Below are positions 62,509 through 64,000 of a stretch of 64,000 bases of DNA, one piece after another. The notes beneath the pieces are model-generated. The model worked only from the letters and a program-made list of their open reading frames with translations. It was not told where the DNA came from and did not search any database. Position numbers and translations under genes: made by a program. The DNA is from an uncultured Arcobacter sp. Lineage in GTDB: Bacteria; Campylobacterota; Campylobacteria; Campylobacterales; Arcobacteraceae. The stretch is taken from contig OZ223300.1 of NCBI GenBank assembly GCA_965140705.1, positions 1,504,001-1,568,000 on the forward strand, in the 5' to 3' direction. Every line of letters begins with the position of its first letter. Within the stretch, counting starts at the first letter, position 1.

Positions 62509-64000
62509 ATGAAACTATCATTAAAAACACTTCTTGTGATTTCTTTCTTTTTTGTTATTGTTATATCAATGAGCATTATATCAATAATGTCATATTATTC
62601 TACAAAAGCTAATATGGCAGAGCAATCATATAAGATAATGCAAAATATCTCAGATTTTGCAGTTGACAAGTCAAAAACATATATGAATGTTGCAACAGAT
62701 GCTTCTAATTTAACTAGAAACTTAGAAAATAAAAATGTAATAAACATGAATAATGAAAAAAAACTAGTTAGTTATTTTTATGAACAAATGGCTATTAATC
62801 AATATTTTTCAGGACTTTATTATGCTTCTACTGATGGAAGTTTTTTGATGCTTTTAAAAGATAAAAATAAATATTTAAAGAAAAAAATATCTTATAATAA
62901 TGAAGGGAAAAGAGTAGTTACACTTTCATATAATGACAAAAATATGAATTTAGAAAAAGAAGAGATACTTCCTAATGACAAATATGAACCAAGACTTAGA
63001 GCTTGGTATATAAATGCGATTCAACATGAAAAATCAACTTGGACTGAACCATATGTTTTTTATACTACAAAAAAAACTGGAATAACAATATCAACACCAA
63101 TTTATAATAAAAATAATGTACTTTTGGGAGTAATAGGAATTGATATTGAAATAGAAAGTTTATCAACTTTTATTAATAATCTAAGAGTAGGAGATAATGG
63201 AAAAGTATTTTTAATAAACAAAGCTTTAAAAATATTATCATTACCAACAGAAAAAAATAAGATTATTACAATGAATAGTTTAGAAAATAATAGTATTATT
63301 AAACTTGCATATAATGAATTAAAAAAACAAACAGATGTTAAATCAATAAAAAATGAACTCTTTTTAACATTCAAGAAAGGTGGTAATACTTACCAAGCTA
63401 TGTTTTTGCCTTTTAAAATTGGGGAATTACAATGGACTGTTGGAATGTATGTTTTAGAAGATGATTTTTTAGGAATATTAAAAGATAATAATATTTTTAA
63501 TATTTTATTTATAATAGTTATTGGAGTTATATCTTTATTTATTAGTATTAAAATATCAAATTATATTTCAAGTCCTATATTAAAATTGAGAAATATGACT
63601 AAAAAAATTGAGTTATTAAATCTAAATCAATCAGATGTTCATCCAAATCCAATAAAAGAGATAAATGAATTAATATCTTCTTTTAACAAAATGAAGATAA
63701 ATCTAAAAGAGTCATATTTAGATACTTTATATAGATTAGCTGTAGCATCTGAATATAAAGATAATGATACAGCAGAACACATTAATAGAATAGGGTTATA
63801 TTCAGAAACAATAGCTAGAAAGCTTGGATTATCTGAAGATGAAATATATATTTTAAAACACGCAAGTGCTATGCATGATATTGGGAAACTTGGTATTCCA
63901 GATAGAATATTATTAAAACCAGGAAAATTAGATGCTGAAGAGAGAAAAATAGTTGAAACACATCCTGCAATAGGAGCTGCTATATTGAAAAATCCTACTT
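62509..64000 (+). CDS. membrane dCache-HAMP-HD-GYP cyclic-dinucleotide phosphodiesterase (3'-truncated by window; absent from ORF track)
   Basis: My translation from ATG 62509: MKLSLKTLLV TM, EPRLRAWY...WTEPY (dCache), second TM, HAMP, ASEYKDNDTAEHINRIG...MHDIGKLGIPDRILLKPGKL. Confidence 0.88.
   Translation, partial: MKLSLKTLLVISFFFVIVISMSIISIMSYYSTKANMAEQSYKIMQNISDFAVDKSKTYMNVATDASNLTRNLENKNVINMNNEKKLVSYFYEQMAINQYFSGLYYASTDGSFLMLLKDKNKYLKKKISYNNEGKRVVTLSYNDKNMNLEKEEILPNDKYEPRLRAWYINAIQHEKSTWTEPYVFYTTKKTGITISTPIYNKNNVLLGVIGIDIEIESLSTFINNLRVGDNGKVFLINKALKILSLPTEKNKIITMNSLENNSIIKLAYNELKKQTDVKSIKNELFLTFKKGGNTYQAMFLPFKIGELQWTVGMYVLEDDFLGILKDNNIFNILFIIVIGVISLFISIKISNYISSPILKLRNMTKKIELLNLNQSDVHPNPIKEINELISSFNKMKINLKESYLDTLYRLAVASEYKDNDTAEHINRIGLYSETIARKLGLSEDEIYILKHASAMHDIGKLGIPDRILLKPGKLDAEERKIVETHPAIGAAILKNPT

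Overview
AT-rich chromosomal window from a Campylobacterota bacterium, most likely Arcobacteraceae (inferred from the mtaB-ftsH-like-bioV-mog gene order, TGnTATAAT promoters and IAHQWRQPL-type kinases). It holds about 60 CDS and one tRNA-Val(GAC). I saw no integrase, transposase, CRISPR array or rRNA. Housekeeping genes (mtaB, mog, mutS2, dapE, thiI, ABC-F, ligA, pepD) are interleaved with five accessory blocks. (1) A variable cassette stretch after dapE: an ORF6N gene carrying a 31-bp palindrome inside its own coding sequence, a KAP NTPase, and a gene remnant. (2) An S-/N-oxide reductase locus preceded by an overlapping response regulator / family-5 binding protein / histidine kinase triad with no transporter, a candidate non-homologous analogue of TorRTS. 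(3) An HxlR-linked quinone/electrophile detoxification cluster with a foreign-looking gene and a broken gene. (4) A tRNA-adjacent tripartite tricarboxylate transporter locus with two tctC paralogues and a USP. Its three promoters share an 18-bp box exactly 9 bp upstream of the -10 hexamer. (5) Signalling genes: a Cache/PAS kinase, a CZB chemoreceptor plus stand-alone PAS protein, and an HD-GYP protein. All family calls come from motifs read by eye, not from database searches.
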